From a virus: a stretch of DNA of 64,000 nt. The DNA lies in IMG/VR virus record IMGVR_UViG_3300043427_003501, positions 1 through 64,000 of that record; one strand, written 5' to 3'. Position numbers and translations under genes: made by a program. Position 1 is the stretch's first letter; each line of letters starts with the position of its first letter. A model generated the notes under the pieces. It made no database searches. It worked only from the letters and a program-made list of their open reading frames with translations, and was not told where the DNA came from. Below are positions 1 to 9,189 of the stretch, piece by piece.

Positions 1-5
1 TATAA

Positions 6-530
6 ATGGCAATTGCCAATTCGTTCTATTCGCCGCAGAAGACCTTATTCGGGCCTGACTTCATCAAGTTGACGCGCCCGACAACTCCTAACCTTGCTGG
101 CGAAAATGACAGGTTGAAGCTCAAGCCCTTAGCGGCAGAGAGAACTCTTTCTGATCTCCTAAAAGTTACGGAGATCAATAGTCCCACTGTCTGCGCTGTT
201 CAGTTGGCCAAAGAGCTTGCTCATGGAATTGCCGCAAATACGAAATGCGGCGGCTGTCAATACATCAAGGTGACGCTGGATGACCAGCCAGACTACCTTT
301 CGGGCACAACACGATACATGGCAAGGGCGACTTGCAGCGCGAAAGGAGTCCCTTGTCCCGATCATGCGTTCGCAACGAGCGTTGGTATGCCTAGCATACC
401 TCCCATGTACTCCATACCGGAAATTCCAGAAACGCCTAAAACGGCGCCGGGTTTTCCGTCGGATTTTGAACGTCCTTATACAGGCGAATCCAGAGACAAG
501 CCTAGTACGGCACTAGGCGAAATCTGGTAA
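6..530 (+). CDS. hypothetical protein (Cys motifs, Pro-rich tail ending in Trp)
   Basis: 174-aa ORF co-oriented with the downstream operon; CGGC and C-x6-C-x2-H motifs; ends ...STALGEIW. Confidence 0.6.
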   Translation: MAIANSFYSPQKTLFGPDFIKLTRPTTPNLAGENDRLKLKPLAAERTLSDLLKVTEINSPTVCAVQLAKELAHGIAANTKCGGCQYIKVTLDDQPDYLSGTTRYMARATCSAKGVPCPDHAFATSVGMPSIPPMYSIPEIPETPKTAPGFPSDFERPYTGESRDKPSTALGEIW

Positions 531-547
531 TCCTTGTATGGCGAATA

Positions 548-561
548 AGTCACAACTGACC
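548..561. promoter_or_regulatory. AGTCA-N4-TGAC operator-like palindrome within the putative RNR promoter
   Basis: AGTCACAACTGACC directly before a TACAAT -10 box. Confidence 0.65.
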
Positions 562-609
562 TACAATCGCCGTCCCTTTTTCAACCCCAAAACTCACTAG
601 AGGAACCTC

Positions 610-3054
610 ATGAGCTTGCCGTCGTCCAGCACCCCTGCGCGTACCTACACGCCAGGCATCGGCGATGCGGTCGCAGACCGTACCGTCAATCGGAAAATCA
701 CCCGTCAGGTGACTACCTACACCAAAAACATCGAACTTCCGCGCCGAGATGACATGGCGCTCGACAAGGAAGTTGCGGAGTGGTGTAAATCCAACAATCT
801 CGTCATCGAGTCCTATCATGTTCTACATGGCGACGAACTTGTCGTCACTGTGGAGCTCCGAGTGATCGGACACGTTGAAGTTGAAAGGTGGGCTGACGTT
901 GCCCATCGTGTCGCCTATGGGAATGCGCTTTTGCACCCTACAACCACCGAAAGGCATAGTGAGTACGAATCCATGCACCATCACCTGCGTCAGGCATCGC
1001 TGCTGATGTCGGGACGTCATTTGCAGCATGGCGATGAGACTCAACCGTTGCGGAACATGGAAGTTTTCACAAACTGCTCGACGGCAGCTTCCACTTTCCT
1101 TACCTTCTATTTGCTGCTCAATGGTTCGGGTGTCGGTCGCTCCTATGACAACGCCATGATCAAGGCAGACCTGCGAAATCTGCCGATTACCGTCTGCGTC
1201 ATCGACATGTTCCACAAGGACTGTCAGTCGGGCGAAATCAACGCTCTGGACCTTCGCAACGCCAAACATCTGTACGCTGGACGCGAGATTGAGGTCTTTG
1301 AGGTTCCTGATAGCCGTGAGGGTTGGGCTAAGGCGCTGGAGAAGATGGAGCTTGCGGCTTTTCTGGGCAACAAGCGTGACTCCGTGCTGATTCTGGACTT
1401 CTCCAAGGTTCGTCCGCGTGGTACGCCGATTGGCGGCATGCAGAACCGTCCGGCGTCTGGTCCTGGCCCGATGATGTCAGCCCTTGCAAATGTCGCCAAA
1501 CTGCGTGACGCTGGCATGGAACCCTGGCGCTCTGCGATGTACGCCGATCACTACGTTGCCGAGTGTGTGCTGGTGGGTGGTGCTCGGCGTGCTGCTCGGA
1601 TGGCCACAAAGACTTGGCGCGACAAGAACGTGCTGGACTTCGTGCAAGTCAAGCGGGGAGGGTTCTTGTGGAGCTCAAACAACTCCGTGACGGTGGACGA
1701 CGAATTTTGGGAGATGGTCAAGTGCGATCCGAACGACTTCTTCCGCAAGTATGAGACGCAGGAGTCAGTCGAGCTGGCGCGCCACGCCAAGCAAGTCTTC
1801 AATGCCCTGTGTGAGGCTGCTTACCACGACGGCACCGGAGAACCCGGCATCATCAGTGTGGACAAGCTGACCTGGAGCGACGAGGGTGCGGAAGTTCTCA
1901 TGGATGGCAACTTCGCTGGGTCGGAGCGCTATCAGCTGGAGCCGGCAACGCTGACGCTGACGCAGGCTTTGGCGCAAGCATGGGCCTCAAGTCAGTACAA
2001 GACGATCACGAATCCCTGCGGTGAGATCGTCCTGGGTGCTCTGGGCGGCTACTGCGTGATCGCGGATGTGGTTCCTTTCCATGCGGGGAGTCGTCACGGC
2101 AAGGGTTTCGATCAAGTGACGAATGGCGAGTGGGATGACGACGCGGAAAGCGCCTTCCGCACCGCGACTCGGGCACTGATTCGCACGAACTTGATGGATT
2201 CGCTGTATCGCAAGGAAGTCAAGCGCACGAACCGCATCGGTGTTGGCATCACGGGTCTGCATGAGTACGCCTTCGCTCGATTCAACTTTGGTTGGAAGGA
2301 CATTGTTGACGAGGAGAAGTCGAAGCGCTTCTGGCTCACACTGTCCCGCTTCAAGCGCGCCGTTCAGGATGAAGCGAAGAAGTACAGCGAAGTTCTCGGT
2401 GTGGCCGTGCCTCACACAAACACAACCATCAAGCCAGCAGGCACTACTTCCAAGCTGTTTGGACTGACCGAAGGGGCTCACTTGCCGTCCATGCGCGAGT
2501 ACCTGCGCTGGGTGCAGTTCCGCAACGACGATCCGTTGATCGAGAACTATCGGGAACTTGGCTATCCGATTCGCAAGCTGAAGACCTACTCAGGCACGAC
2601 GATCGTAGGCTTCCCGACCGTTCCGACGATCTGCTCACTCGGCATGGGCGACAAGCTCGTCACCGCAGCCGAAGCGACTCCTGAAGAGCAGTACCAGTAC
2701 CTTCGCCTTCTGGAGAAGTATTGGATCAGCGGCGTCGAGGAAGATGGTGTGACGCCGCTCGAGGAGCGCGGCAATCAGGTCAGCTACACCCTGAAGTACG
2801 ATCCGAAGAAGGTCTCCTTCGAGGACTTCAAGCGGACGCTGCTTGATGGCCAGTCGAGCATTCGGTGCTGCTCGGTGATGCCTCAGATCGACACGACAGC
2901 CTACGAGTACCAGCCTGAGCAGCCTGTGACCAAGCACGAGTTCGAGATGATCCTGGCTGCCATCAAGGATGCTGAAGGGGTCAAGCAGGACGTTGACTTC
3001 GCTCATGTGGACTGCAGCAGCGGAGCTTGCCCGATCGACTTCAACAAGGCGTGA
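610..3054 (+). CDS. nrdJ: class II (adenosylcobalamin-dependent) ribonucleotide reductase
   Basis: FTNCS, NPCGEI catalytic motif, TIKPAGTTSKL, C-terminal CSSGACP redox pair; no beta subunit nearby; SD GAGG. Confidence 0.9.
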   Translation: MSLPSSSTPARTYTPGIGDAVADRTVNRKITRQVTTYTKNIELPRRDDMALDKEVAEWCKSNNLVIESYHVLHGDELVVTVELRVIGHVEVERWADVAHRVAYGNALLHPTTTERHSEYESMHHHLRQASLLMSGRHLQHGDETQPLRNMEVFTNCSTAASTFLTFYLLLNGSGVGRSYDNAMIKADLRNLPITVCVIDMFHKDCQSGEINALDLRNAKHLYAGREIEVFEVPDSREGWAKALEKMELAAFLGNKRDSVLILDFSKVRPRGTPIGGMQNRPASGPGPMMSALANVAKLRDAGMEPWRSAMYADHYVAECVLVGGARRAARMATKTWRDKNVLDFVQVKRGGFLWSSNNSVTVDDEFWEMVKCDPNDFFRKYETQESVELARHAKQVFNALCEAAYHDGTGEPGIISVDKLTWSDEGAEVLMDGNFAGSERYQLEPATLTLTQALAQAWASSQYKTITNPCGEIVLGALGGYCVIADVVPFHAGSRHGKGFDQVTNGEWDDDAESAFRTATRALIRTNLMDSLYRKEVKRTNRIGVGITGLHEYAFARFNFGWKDIVDEEKSKRFWLTLSRFKRAVQDEAKKYSEVLGVAVPHTNTTIKPAGTTSKLFGLTEGAHLPSMREYLRWVQFRNDDPLIENYRELGYPIRKLKTYSGTTIVGFPTVPTICSLGMGDKLVTAAEATPEEQYQYLRLLEKYWISGVEEDGVTPLEERGNQVSYTLKYDPKKVSFEDFKRTLLDGQSSIRCCSVMPQIDTTAYEYQPEQPVTKHEFEMILAAIKDAEGVKQDVDFAHVDCSSGACPIDFNKA

Positions 3055-3069
3055 CAGAGTTGGGGGATA

Positions 3070-3111
3070 AGTCAGTGATGACTTGTCACCCCTGCTGAAT
3101 CGCTCTATGAT
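3070..3111 (+). promoter_or_regulatory. sigma70-like promoter of the ncRNA-tRNA operon with operator overlapping the -35
   Basis: AGTCAGTGATGACT (3070-3083) then TTGTCA-17bp-TATGAT (3083-3111). Confidence 0.7.
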
Positions 3112-3117
3112 TCAAAA

Positions 3118-3207
3118 GACGCGAGAGGTTTCGGTGGGTTAGCGCCGCCGAGTCGAACCTCCTAATGTTGTTGAACAACACTGCTTCATGTGAAAGCCTC
3201 TTGCGTC
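3118..3207 (+). ncRNA. putative structured ncRNA preceding the tRNAs
   Basis: GACGCGAGAGGTT pairs with AAGCCTCTTGCGTC, enclosing hairpins CGGTGG/CCGCCG and TGTTG/CAACA; starts at the predicted TSS. Confidence 0.55.
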
Positions 3208-3211
3208 ACTT

Positions 3212-3298
3212 GGGTTGGAAGCATCAATGGTGATGCAACGGACTGTAAATCCGTCGCTCTTAGGAGCACGCCAGGTTCGATCCCTGGACAACCCACCA
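3212..3298 (+). tRNA. tRNA-Tyr(GTA)
   Basis: Anticodon arm ACGGA-CTGTAAA-TCCGT, long variable arm, GGTTCGATCCC T-loop, encoded CCA. Confidence 0.9.
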
Positions 3299-3301
3299 AA
3301 A

Positions 3302-3377
<76 letters not shown>

Positions 3378-3385
3378 GCATTCTC

Positions 3386-3412
3386 AAGCCCGCCTTTGCG
3401 GGCTTTCTTTTT
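3386..3412 (+). terminator. Rho-independent terminator after the tRNAs
   Basis: AAGCCCGC-CTTT-GCGGGCTT followed by a T-tract. Confidence 0.85.
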
Positions 3413-3487
3413 CCCTGACCAACCCCTCGATCTCAGTTCTATACTGAGTCAGTCACCGCTGAACAACTTACGGAAGGAGATAGCGCG

Positions 3488-3874
3488 ATGATTCCCCACC
3501 CAGAAGCAGTCAAGGCTGCCGAGCGTTCCCATGAGCGAAAGATGGAACGCGCCGCGATGAAAGCCTTTGTTGCTGACGCACAGGCTGACGGCGTTCAATT
3601 CGTCGAAATTCATCCTCAGACAGGCCATCTGAGTGATCGCAAGCCAACTCGGCGAGGCAGCATGACGATCGCTTTTTTGCCACATCGTCGGAATCTGGTG
3701 GAAATCTCCACCGCGATCTGTCATCCGAATGATACGTTTTGCAAGCTGACAGGGCGCTATGTAGCGGCTGATGGAATGAGCGAAGGGCGAACCATCATGC
3801 TTCGCAAGCCTAGCTACATCACCATGCCCACAAAGGCATGGCTGAAGACCGTGTTCTACACCTATGGCGAGTGA
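3488..3874 (+). CDS. hypothetical protein
   Basis: 128-aa ORF, SD AAGGAG, abuts thyX. Confidence 0.7.
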   Translation: MIPHPEAVKAAERSHERKMERAAMKAFVADAQADGVQFVEIHPQTGHLSDRKPTRRGSMTIAFLPHRRNLVEISTAICHPNDTFCKLTGRYVAADGMSEGRTIMLRKPSYITMPTKAWLKTVFYTYGE

Positions 3875-3875
3875 C

Positions 3876-4706
3876 ATGAGCATCACGGCAAGAGTCATTG
3901 AGGACTCTGTAGCTATGGGGCACGGAGTTCGCCTCACGACGATGCAGTTGCGGTATCCGCGATTCATTCACTCCGAGTTCATGACTCATCGGGTGTTTAG
4001 CCGCAACGCCAGCTCATCTCGGGCCATTCCTGTAGCCAAGATGATCGAACAGGTCCGCAACGATCCGGCAATGCCGATTCATTGGGGCAAGAACCAGCCA
4101 GGCATGCAGGCCAATGAGGAGCTGCAGGGTGACGAGCTGGCGCTGGTTCAGGAAGGTTGGCGTAGCGCGGCTCGTGCGGCAGCAAACTTTGCTTCCGACA
4201 TGGCTTCAAACAACGCTCACAAGCAGATTGCCAATCGCATTCTTGAGCCGTTTCAGTTCATCCATGTCATCGTGACGGCAACCGAATGGGAGAACTTCTT
4301 TGATCTTCGGGCACATGCGGATGCGCAGCCTGAAATTCATGAATTGGCCGTGCAAATGGCATACGCCATGTCGCGCTCACAGCCGCGTCTTCTGGATATC
4401 GATGAATGGCATTTGCCATATGTCACCTGGACAGAGCGCACTCGGCATGAAGTTGATGTGTGCCTGAAGCTGTCGGCTGCTCGGTGTGCTCGCGTCTCCT
4501 ATCTCACTCATGACGGCGCTACGCCACTGTTTGAGAAGGATATGGAGTTGTACGAGCGCCTGGTTGGCAGCAAGCCACTTCATGCGTCACCCATCGAGCA
4601 TCAAGCCACACCAATGTTGGACAAGACGATGTGGTCCGGCAACTTCAGAGGCTGGCTGCAGAACAGGCAGTTGGTCGAATCTACTTTCAATGAGGAAAAC
4701 AAGTGA
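3876..4706 (+). CDS. thyX: FAD-dependent thymidylate synthase
   Basis: ThyX motif THRVFSRNASSSRAIP, NRILEPF, ARCARVSY, HASPIEH; start 3876 chosen (ORF track gives 3864). Confidence 0.9.
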   Translation: MSITARVIEDSVAMGHGVRLTTMQLRYPRFIHSEFMTHRVFSRNASSSRAIPVAKMIEQVRNDPAMPIHWGKNQPGMQANEELQGDELALVQEGWRSAARAAANFASDMASNNAHKQIANRILEPFQFIHVIVTATEWENFFDLRAHADAQPEIHELAVQMAYAMSRSQPRLLDIDEWHLPYVTWTERTRHEVDVCLKLSAARCARVSYLTHDGATPLFEKDMELYERLVGSKPLHASPIEHQATPMLDKTMWSGNFRGWLQNRQLVESTFNEENK

Positions 4707-5317
4707 ATTTCAAGGAATACCAACAAAAGGCTCTTCTGACCGAGAGCAAGCCGTCGGAGCTCAACTTTGGCGAGATTGGGCTCCATGTGATGCTCCAGAT
4801 GGGCATCTATTCGAGCGAACTGATGAATCTTGCCAAGCGCACGATCTTCTACGGCAAGGAGTTTGACTCTGAGAAAGCTCGGACGCTGGCAGAGAACCTT
4901 GCGGGTTTTGCCCAACTGATCTACTCCCTTAGCGATCACTTGGCAATTAAGGGCGATCGCGTCAACTTTGAAGAGTTGCCTGCTGAAGCCGAATCTGTTC
5001 GTCCTGAGAACGTCAATCTGCGGCTGTTGCACTCGGCAATGGGTCTGTTTACGGAGTCGGGCGAGGCGTTGGAGCTTCTGCGCGATCAGCTGGAAGGCAA
5101 GCCCTTCGACAAGGTGGGCTGGGGCGAGGAAATTGGTGGCGACATCAGTTGGTATCAGGCGCTCGGACACGATGCTGCCGACACTGATGAGGATGTCGAG
5201 CGCGAGAAGAACATCCGCAAGCTCGAGCTTCGGAACAAGGGCAAGACCTTCAACGCCGAAGCCACCATCAATCGCGATGCGGAGGCGGAGCGGGCGATCC
5301 TTGAGGGCAAAGCATGA
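4703..5317 (+). CDS. MazG-like nucleotide pyrophosphohydrolase (internally duplicated)
   Basis: MNFKEYQ start; LLHSAMGLFTESGEALE...EEIGGDISWY...NIRKL MazG/dUTPase-fold pattern. Confidence 0.7.
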   Translation: MNFKEYQQKALLTESKPSELNFGEIGLHVMLQMGIYSSELMNLAKRTIFYGKEFDSEKARTLAENLAGFAQLIYSLSDHLAIKGDRVNFEELPAEAESVRPENVNLRLLHSAMGLFTESGEALELLRDQLEGKPFDKVGWGEEIGGDISWYQALGHDAADTDEDVEREKNIRKLELRNKGKTFNAEATINRDAEAERAILEGKA

Positions 5318-5946
5318 TCGGTCTGTGCGGCGCTCACAGGTCAGGCAAAACAACTCTGGCCAGGGCATTTGCGAAAAAGGCAGGAATTGCTTTCGTCGAG
5401 ACTTCGGTCAGCTCCATCTGGAAAGACTTCGGACTCGATCCTGCAGCGGAGCACGACTTCGGAACAAGACTGATGATTCAGGAGGAAATCCTGAAGCGCA
5501 TCGATGTCAAGTTCGCTGAATACTCAGGCAAGGAGTGCATCACCGACCGTACTCCTCTTGACATGGCAGCATACACGTTGGCTGATGCCATCGGCAACCG
5601 TGTACCGCCTGCAGTCCAGAGTCGTTTGCGGAAGTACGTCGAGGACTGCTTTCAGAGCGCGAATCGGCGTTTCAGCATGATGCTCCTGCTGCAGCCTGGC
5701 ATTCCACTTGTGGACGAGCCAGGAAAAGCTCCACTCAATGAGGGCTACATTGAGCATTTGAACAGCCTGATTCTCGGCCTCACGGTCGATGAGCGGCTGC
5801 GCTGCCCACACTTCTACATGCCTCGCGGCATCGTGGACCTCGATGAGCGACTCAACGCTCTGGAGTCGGCCACACAGCGGGCCAAAGGCCGAGTCTTCGC
5901 CGAAATTGGCGAAGCGGTGAAAGCAGGGCTGTTGCGCTTTCACTAA
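5314..5946 (+). CDS. P-loop nucleotide kinase (AAA_28/dNMP-kinase-like)
   Basis: N-terminal Walker A GAHRSGKTT, ITDRTPLD motif; context thyX-mazG. Confidence 0.7.
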   Translation: MIGLCGAHRSGKTTLARAFAKKAGIAFVETSVSSIWKDFGLDPAAEHDFGTRLMIQEEILKRIDVKFAEYSGKECITDRTPLDMAAYTLADAIGNRVPPAVQSRLRKYVEDCFQSANRRFSMMLLLQPGIPLVDEPGKAPLNEGYIEHLNSLILGLTVDERLRCPHFYMPRGIVDLDERLNALESATQRAKGRVFAEIGEAVKAGLLRFH

Positions 5947-5951
5947 GGGAA

Positions 5952-5983
5952 CTGAAAGCGGGATGCACTATTCCCGCTTTCAG
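5952..5983. terminator. 12-bp inverted repeat, probable terminator
   Basis: CTGAAAGCGGGA-8nt-TCCCGCTTTCAG just after the kinase stop. Confidence 0.6.
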
Positions 5984-5998
5984 CTTTCTATACTTTGA

Positions 5999-6352
5999 AT
6001 GTCGCAGATGTTGCGATTTCAAAACCAAACGGCCATGTCAACAACCAACTTCCTGAAGCGATTCTTGAGCCTGTTTAGCAAGCAGGACATTTCGAACGTC
6101 AAGCCCTCTTCGATTACATACGCCAAGAAGCCGAAGCGTCGTCGCATTCACAGCCACGCTTGGCTGAGCAAAGCGATGGCAGACATGAATGAGCCTGGCG
6201 TCTACTACGTAGAACCTCCGAAGACCATCGGCCTTGACTACGCGCAGACCCTTCTCTGTCAGCGCCTGAGAACTCGCTTCGGAAAGGGTCGGTACAGCAC
6301 GAATCGTGAGGCGACTCTCAATCGCCTTCGTGTCTACATCATCGCCAGCTGA
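5999..6352 (+). CDS. hypothetical basic protein
   Basis: 117-aa ORF; true start may be downstream. Confidence 0.5.
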   Translation: MSQMLRFQNQTAMSTTNFLKRFLSLFSKQDISNVKPSSITYAKKPKRRRIHSHAWLSKAMADMNEPGVYYVEPPKTIGLDYAQTLLCQRLRTRFGKGRYSTNREATLNRLRVYIIAS

Positions 6353-6354
6353 AC

Positions 6355-6579
6355 ATGAGCGGCGTTCCTGTTCTTCAGGACGAAGTCAATCGCAAAGCGG
6401 TGGACACACTGATCTGGCTGGGGATGTCTTTGCATCACGGCAAGATCAGTGTGGATCAGTTCTCCACTGGCGTCGATGCGCTCTTCATGGCGGTGTCTGG
6501 CCTAGTGACGGACAAGGACTGGCTTCAGATGATCGGCGAAGCCCAGTACATCATTGAGAACGAGAGGAAGAAAGCATGA
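6355..6579 (+). CDS. hypothetical protein
   Basis: 74-aa ORF, ATGA-coupled to the next gene. Confidence 0.6.
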   Translation: MSGVPVLQDEVNRKAVDTLIWLGMSLHHGKISVDQFSTGVDALFMAVSGLVTDKDWLQMIGEAQYIIENERKKA

Positions 6580-6797
6580 TGCGTTGGGCAGGCACTGTCG
6601 CCTACTTGATCGGCATGCTGCTGACCTCCCTGAACGTGTACCCGGCCAACCTGTTCTTCGGCGTCCTGGGAGCCTCCATGTGGATGGTGGTGGGGCTTCA
6701 GTGGAAGGACAAGGCATTGATCGCGGTGGAGTTCGCAAGTGCGGCAATTTACGCTTTCGGCGTTCTTCGCTGGGCCTATACTGTCAGTCACCAGTGA
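6576..6797 (+). CDS. small membrane protein (about 3 TM segments)
   Basis: 73 aa, mostly hydrophobic; SD GAGG. Confidence 0.65.
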   Translation: MMRWAGTVAYLIGMLLTSLNVYPANLFFGVLGASMWMVVGLQWKDKALIAVEFASAAIYAFGVLRWAYTVSHQ

Positions 6798-6799
6798 CT
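6786..6799. promoter_or_regulatory. AGTCA-N4-TGACT palindrome
   Basis: AGTCACCAGTGACT, perfect match. Confidence 0.7.
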
Positions 6800-6813
6800 G
6801 TACCGGAGGAGCC

Positions 6814-6990
6814 ATGTTGGACATTTTGTTGATCAGGGACCACGCCCAGGCAGCGGCCGATGAGGGTAAGAGCAGCGAAGCCTGCCCGTTCGCCGTGACA
6901 TCTAGGCATGGACTCTTGTGGCTCGATTACTACCACTCCCGCGTCAGGTGGCTGTCGGGAAAGTTGTCGGCTCAAGTTTCACAACCCTAG
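6814..6990 (+). CDS. small protein with Rmf/CrpP-like motif
   Basis: SD GGAGGAG; AAADEGKSSEACPF...WLDYY resembles the RMF G-x-S-x-E-x-CPY...WL pattern. Confidence 0.45.
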   Translation: MLDILLIRDHAQAAADEGKSSEACPFAVTSRHGLLWLDYYHSRVRWLSGKLSAQVSQP

Positions 6991-7008
6991 CAAAGGAGAT
7001 GTTGCAGC

Positions 7009-7221
7009 ATGAAGCAAACACAAGTTGTCCTATCTGCACTAGAAAAGGGACCACTTACATCAATGGAGGCGTTCGTGGAGTTTGGCATCACGCGACTTGC
7101 GGCTCGTGTAGATGAGCTTCGAAAGGATGGTGTCAAGATTCACACGGAACGCATCAATACAACAAACAGGCTAGGCGGCCATTGCTGCTATGCCCGATAC
7201 CACTTGATCAGTCATGCGTGA
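7009..7221 (+). CDS. winged helix-turn-helix protein
   Basis: LTSMEAF.EFGITRLAARVDELRKDG phage HTH signature. Confidence 0.75.
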   Translation: MKQTQVVLSALEKGPLTSMEAFVEFGITRLAARVDELRKDGVKIHTERINTTNRLGGHCCYARYHLISHA

Positions 7222-7223
7222 CG
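7210..7223. promoter_or_regulatory. AGTCA-N4-TGAC palindrome before the RNA ligase
   Basis: AGTCATGCGTGACG. Confidence 0.6.
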
Positions 7224-7236
7224 TAGTAGGAGAACC

Positions 7237-8391
7237 ATGAGCGCTTTTTCGTGCCCAGTTGTGCGAGTTCGGATCGAGCCGCACCCAAATGCAGACGCCA
7301 TCGAGATCGCTCGGGTTGGCGACTATCAGTCCATCGTCAAGAAAGGACAGTTTCAGGATGGCAGTCTTGCCGTCTACATCCCTGAGCAGTCTGTGCTGCC
7401 TGAGTGGCTGCTCAAGCACATGGGCTTCTGGGACGCGATGAAGGGCAAGGGCGGGCTTAGCGGCTCACTGGGCAACCGAGTACGGGCTATCAAGCTGCGT
7501 GGCGTGCTATCGCAAGGCTTGGTGCTGGACATGGAGACAGCCGAGACCAGCGTGGGCAATCCACTTCGGTCGCTGCAGGAGGGTGAGGACATCGCCTCGT
7601 ACTTGGAAATCACAAAGTACGAGCCTCCCATTCCTTCACACATGGCAGGAAAGATCGCAGGCGTCGATCTGGCTGCAACCCTGAATTACGACTTCGAGAA
7701 CATCAAGAAGCATCCGGACCTCTTTGATCCTGATGAGCCAGTGATGATCACGGAGAAGATTCATGGCACCTTCATGCAAGTGGGTGTCGTTCCATCCAAC
7801 ATGGCCAACGATCGGTTCTACAAAGGCCGCGTGATCGTGACAAGCAAGGGGCTGGGTGCAAAAGGCTTCATCCTTGATCACACGGACGAGACGAACCTGT
7901 ATATCCAATGTGCCAAGAAGCACGGCCTTCTTGATGCTGCACTGAGCTACTTTGGCGATGCTGCCAATGACTGTGATGTGCCGTACTTCGTCTGCGGAGA
8001 AGTCTTCGGCAAGACGAACTCAGGCGCAGGTGTGCAGGACTTGACCTACAACGGAGAGAAGCTCGCCTTTAGGGCGTTCGATGTCTGCGCTGGAACACGG
8101 GGCAAGGAAGAGTTTTTCGACATGGGCGAGTTCCTCGAAGCTGTTCGCCAGCTCGGAATCGAACATGTGCCAATTCTCTACGTCGGACCTTACTCAAAGG
8201 AGCGTGTCCTTGAGTACACCGATGGATCGACTTTCCTGTTCGATGTCCAAAACTCACATGCCGCCCACATTCGTGAGGGTGTCGTGATCAAGTGCGTCCG
8301 AGAGTCGCGGCACCCCCGACTTGGACGAAAGATTGCCAAGAGTGTCAGTGAGGCATACCTGTTGCGGAAGAATGCAACGGAATTCAACTAA
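7237..8391 (+). CDS. ATP-dependent RNA ligase (DRB0094/Rnl2-like with N-terminal OB domain)
   Basis: IEPHPNADAIE, IKLRGVLSQGL, adenylation motif TEKIHGT, GEVFG, FDV, REGVVIK, K.VSEAYL. Confidence 0.88.
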   Translation: MSAFSCPVVRVRIEPHPNADAIEIARVGDYQSIVKKGQFQDGSLAVYIPEQSVLPEWLLKHMGFWDAMKGKGGLSGSLGNRVRAIKLRGVLSQGLVLDMETAETSVGNPLRSLQEGEDIASYLEITKYEPPIPSHMAGKIAGVDLAATLNYDFENIKKHPDLFDPDEPVMITEKIHGTFMQVGVVPSNMANDRFYKGRVIVTSKGLGAKGFILDHTDETNLYIQCAKKHGLLDAALSYFGDAANDCDVPYFVCGEVFGKTNSGAGVQDLTYNGEKLAFRAFDVCAGTRGKEEFFDMGEFLEAVRQLGIEHVPILYVGPYSKERVLEYTDGSTFLFDVQNSHAAHIREGVVIKCVRESRHPRLGRKIAKSVSEAYLLRKNATEFN

Positions 8392-8404
8392 AAGAGGAGT
8401 AATC

Positions 8405-8599
8405 GTGCCAGATATAAGCATGTGCTCGGGCGAAGGATGCGAGAAGTCGATTGACTGCTATCGCTTTCGTGCCATTCCCACCGAGTACCGTCAGTCCTAT
8501 TTTTCAAGACCGCCGCTCGATTGGGAGACTGGTGAGTGTCAATACTTTTCGCCAGTTCGACCGGGTGATCGGATTCGCGACATCGAGGACATCAAATGA
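8405..8599 (+). CDS. Cys-rich hypothetical phage protein
   Basis: GTG start with SD GAGGAG; PDISMC..EGC..S..CYRF...RQSYF. Confidence 0.65.
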   Translation: MPDISMCSGEGCEKSIDCYRFRAIPTEYRQSYFSRPPLDWETGECQYFSPVRPGDRIRDIEDIK

Positions 8600-9189
8600 T
8601 CGTCATGGGTGTCGACACTGAGACTACGGGTCTCGAGCAGGAGAAGGGCCATCGAATCATCGAAATCGCTCTTGTTTCCTACGATCTTGAAAGCCGCAAA
8701 CTGATGGATCGCTACGTTCAGCGAATCGATCCTGAACGTCCGATCGACTCGGGCGCTCAGGCGGCACATGGCATCAGCTACACGGAACTTGTCGGCCAAC
8801 CCAAATGGGAAGATGTCGCCGAAGAGATCAACCGCCGACTTGGCGGTACTGATCTTCTGGTGGCGCACAACATGGGCTTTGACGGTCCCTTCATCGCAGG
8901 AGAGCTTCTGCGAGTCGGTCTTCAACCGCCCAATGTTCACTCAGTCTGCACGATGGAAAACGCTCGGTGGGCATGCCCCGACGGTAAGTTACCTCGTCTA
9001 GGCGAGCTCTGCTTTGCGCTTGGTGTCGGTTATGACCGCGCCAAAGCTCATGCTGCTGAGTACGACATCGAAGTCACGATGGCTTGCTTCTTTCGCGGCC
9101 TGGATCGTGGTTTCTACGAACTGCCCAAGAAGTTGAAGGGCATCAACGAATTCAAAAACTGCCACGACGCACCAGGAGCACCAGCATGA
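8596..9189 (+). CDS. DEDDh 3'-5' exonuclease (DNA pol III epsilon-like)
   Basis: ExoI DTETTGL, ExoII AHNMGFD, ExoIII HAAEYD. Confidence 0.88.
   Translation: MIVMGVDTETTGLEQEKGHRIIEIALVSYDLESRKLMDRYVQRIDPERPIDSGAQAAHGISYTELVGQPKWEDVAEEINRRLGGTDLLVAHNMGFDGPFIAGELLRVGLQPPNVHSVCTMENARWACPDGKLPRLGELCFALGVGYDRAKAHAAEYDIEVTMACFFRGLDRGFYELPKKLKGINEFKNCHDAPGAPA

Noticed and set aside
3166-3233. Short ORF within the ncRNA/tRNA leader
   Set aside because: Preceded by an anti-SD-like CCTCC and runs into tRNA-Tyr; RNA structure explains the region better
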